Assembly: GCF_963921235.1 (NCBI RefSeq)
Contig: NC_086103.1
Location: 100,316,001-100,380,000, forward strand
Direction of reading: 5' to 3'
Origin: Mobula hypostoma
Taxonomy: Eukaryota
DNA length: 64,000 nt
Under the pieces are notes generated by a model. That model worked only from the letters and a program-made list of their open reading frames with translations. It searched no databases and was not told where the DNA came from. Numbering within the stretch: the first letter of the stretch is position 1; every line of letters starts with the position of its first letter. Made by a program: the position numbers and the translations under genes. Below, piece by piece: positions 61,748-64,000 of this stretch.

Positions 61748-63209
61748 ACAAAACAATCATTATCTTGTGCACGATAGATTTAGAACGGTTAGATTGGCTT
61801 TCTATCACAATCTATAATCTGATGGCCTCACATGTCCTTTCTGCTTTCATTATCATTGAACCAAGATTCAATCTTAGTTCAATAAAGAATGTCGAAATGC
61901 CTCTTGAGGAGCATCAGGTGTTGATAAAATGAGATAGTGACCTATTGATATTACAACACAAAACTAAATAAATGCTGAACAGTGGCAGCAGCACGATGAT
62001 CAGCACAGGACAAAACAGTCTCAGAACCAATCGATCAGATCAAAACTCTACAGACTTGCCAAAAGTGGTCAAGGATAACTAAGTAACCTATGAGAACAGG
62101 ATCTTGACTGATTGTGGGATCCTAGCTTTGAGAGTGCAAATGACAATGTTGAAACATTTGCAATAATCAGCCGGCTGAAAAGCCAAGGTATTGGCCTCAA
62201 TGTAAAGTCACTACTACAAATTCCAGCCTTTGGCCAGTATGATTTACTGCAGCTGCCATTAAGAAGCCGCTGAGTGCATTAGACACAGCTGAGGCCAAGG
62301 CTCCAACAACATCTTGGCTATCATCCTGATCACTCGTGTTGAAGTATTTACTTTTATTTCCAAAATAAGCACAAATGGAAAACTATCTTGTTTGTGTATT
62401 AGTTGATTTATTGGTGATAATTTAAAAAAAACAAATGTCCTTAGATAAAAACATTATGACTTTGCTTACTAGGCTTCCAGTCCCCATAGATAGTCTGCTG
62501 GTAAGGCATCCAATGGGCACTACTGTGAGCTGACAGCTTGAGAAAGAGCAGATGCTCATTTCCTTCAAGCACCAATGTACAATTTTTCAAAAACAATTTC
62601 CACTCAAAGTTTTGCATTTTTCACAAGGTTCTTTTTTTTTGTGTGTGTCAGGAAGAATTAAGGCATTGATGGTAAAGGACCTTTCCTTTTTGACATGCAT
62701 CCAGTTGGCCTGAGGTAGATGTGGGAAATCAAGCAAAATTCAGCTAAAATGGCACAAATGATCTAACGTGTGAACCAATATACTTACATAGTTCCTTCCT
62801 TTAATAAAACATCACAAAGTCCTTCACTAATTTGTAATTTTAAAAAAATTGATGCTGAGCCAAATAAGAAGGTATAAGGACCAAATATTTTCTTAAAGAA
62901 ATAGGTTTCAGAAGCATTTTAAATACAAAAAAAGAGAGTGAGAATGAAAGTTCTAGAGTTGAGCATGGAAATTCTAGAGTTAGGGAATTAAAGATGGATC
63001 AAAGACCTAACTCATTCTCCAATTTAACCTCAAAGTAGAGGCAACTTTAATCTATGTATTGGATGAAACAGGGATGGTATACTTTGCCCAAATTTTATTT
63101 CAATAGAATAGAAAATCTTCAATCGAATTGAAGGAATAGACAACTACTCTGACTATGCTTTTCTCTCTTCCTGTATACACCTACCCATGTTCACTTAATG
63201 TAGTCAGTT

Positions 63210-63519
63210 TTATATAGGCATCCGTTAGTCTCATGAGACCATGGATTTGTGCCTTGGAAGCTTTTCAGGGCACAAACCTGGGCAATGTTGTATGGAAGAC
63301 CAGCAGTCACCCATGCTGCAAGTCTCCCCTCTCCACGCCACCGATGTTGTCCAAGGGAAGGGCATTAGGACCCATATAGCTTGGCACCGGTGTCACCGCA
63401 GAGCAATGTGTGATTAAGTGCCTTGCTCAAGGACACACATGCTGCCTCAGCCAAGGCTCGAACTGGCGACCTTCAAATCACAAAACGAACGCCTTAACCA
63501 CTTGGCCATGTGCTAACAC
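63210..63519 (-). mobile_element. Complete 310-bp tRNA-derived SINE with 10-bp TSD
   Basis: A box TGGCCAAGTGG, B box AGTTCGAGCC, CORE-like TGTGTCCTTGAGCAAGGCACTTAA; TSD GTAGTCAGTT at 63200-63209 and 63520-63529. Confidence 0.92.
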
Positions 63520-64000
63520 GTAGTCAGTTACTCACATTAGAATTAAAGACATGGGAATTGGAGCTGGCCATTCAGTTAGATTGTTAAATCTAATTACATT
63601 CCCTGCATTTGTTAAATATCCTTGAAAATCCCGACAACTCAGTCTTGTAAAAAGCAATTCATGATCTTTCTTCAAGAATAGGCAAGCACTTCTTTGAAGG
63701 TGATGCTCTGTTGTTTCCCCTCTAAAAGTGTTGGCTTCTTTTAAATCATTATGACCACTTTAATTAAGTTATTCTTCAATTTTCTAGGTGGTGCTTCATC
63801 CACAGTCTCTTCAATGATCATTGTTATCCATGCAAATGGTGAAATAAACAAGTTAAGTCAAAATGCAATGATTTCTAACAGATTTAACATAATAGAAAGC
63901 CAATGCCTGAAAATTCACTCACATGATACTTTGCATTTCAGTGCTATCCGATTCCTCTGAAGTGTAACAAAAACAATTATTTTGTATCACTTCAGAAACT

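Noticed and set aside
63430-63519. tRNA gene
   Set aside because: A/B boxes are present but continue into a SINE body flanked by a TSD; no convincing acceptor stem.
1-64000. Prokaryotic-type systems (retrons, DGRs, defence islands) suggested by the many RT ORFs
   Set aside because: All RTs belong to eukaryotic CR1, Rex1, Penelope or R4 lineages with matching tails and TSDs; there is no operon structure.

Overview
Eukaryotic (vertebrate) non-coding DNA, CpG-poor and dominated by transposable elements. The repeat families (CR1 LINEs with 8-bp microsatellite tails, Rex1/Babar LINE ends, Penelope-like termini, V-SINE) suggest a cartilaginous fish, probably a ray; this is an inference. No host protein-coding gene, rRNA, tRNA gene or CRISPR array can be supported, and essentially every long ORF is retrotransposon-derived. 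Contents: about 12 CR1 copies from several subfamilies (one with the ORF1 SGNH esterase, one with an uninterrupted ~750-aa ORF2 fragment), Rex1/Babar fragments, an internally deleted Gypsy element, a solo LTR with 5-bp TSD, Penelope-like elements with hammerhead-ribozyme remnants, HERO and R4/Dong RLE-type fragments, a Tc1 derivative and several SINEs, many nested. I cannot claim a clearly new biological system. The best leads are: (1) a CR1 ORF1/ORF2 junction that looks like a -1 slippery site, fused in frame in this copy; (2) ~0.7-0.8 kb non-coding retroposons with a shared YY1-like 5' end and Rex1-type 3' tail; (3) an unexplained ~235-bp multi-hairpin fold-back at 14805-15039; (4) hammerhead-bearing Penelope fold-backs, one with its core overwritten by a templated insertion. 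All classifications are by motif recognition without database searches; boundaries without TSDs are approximate.
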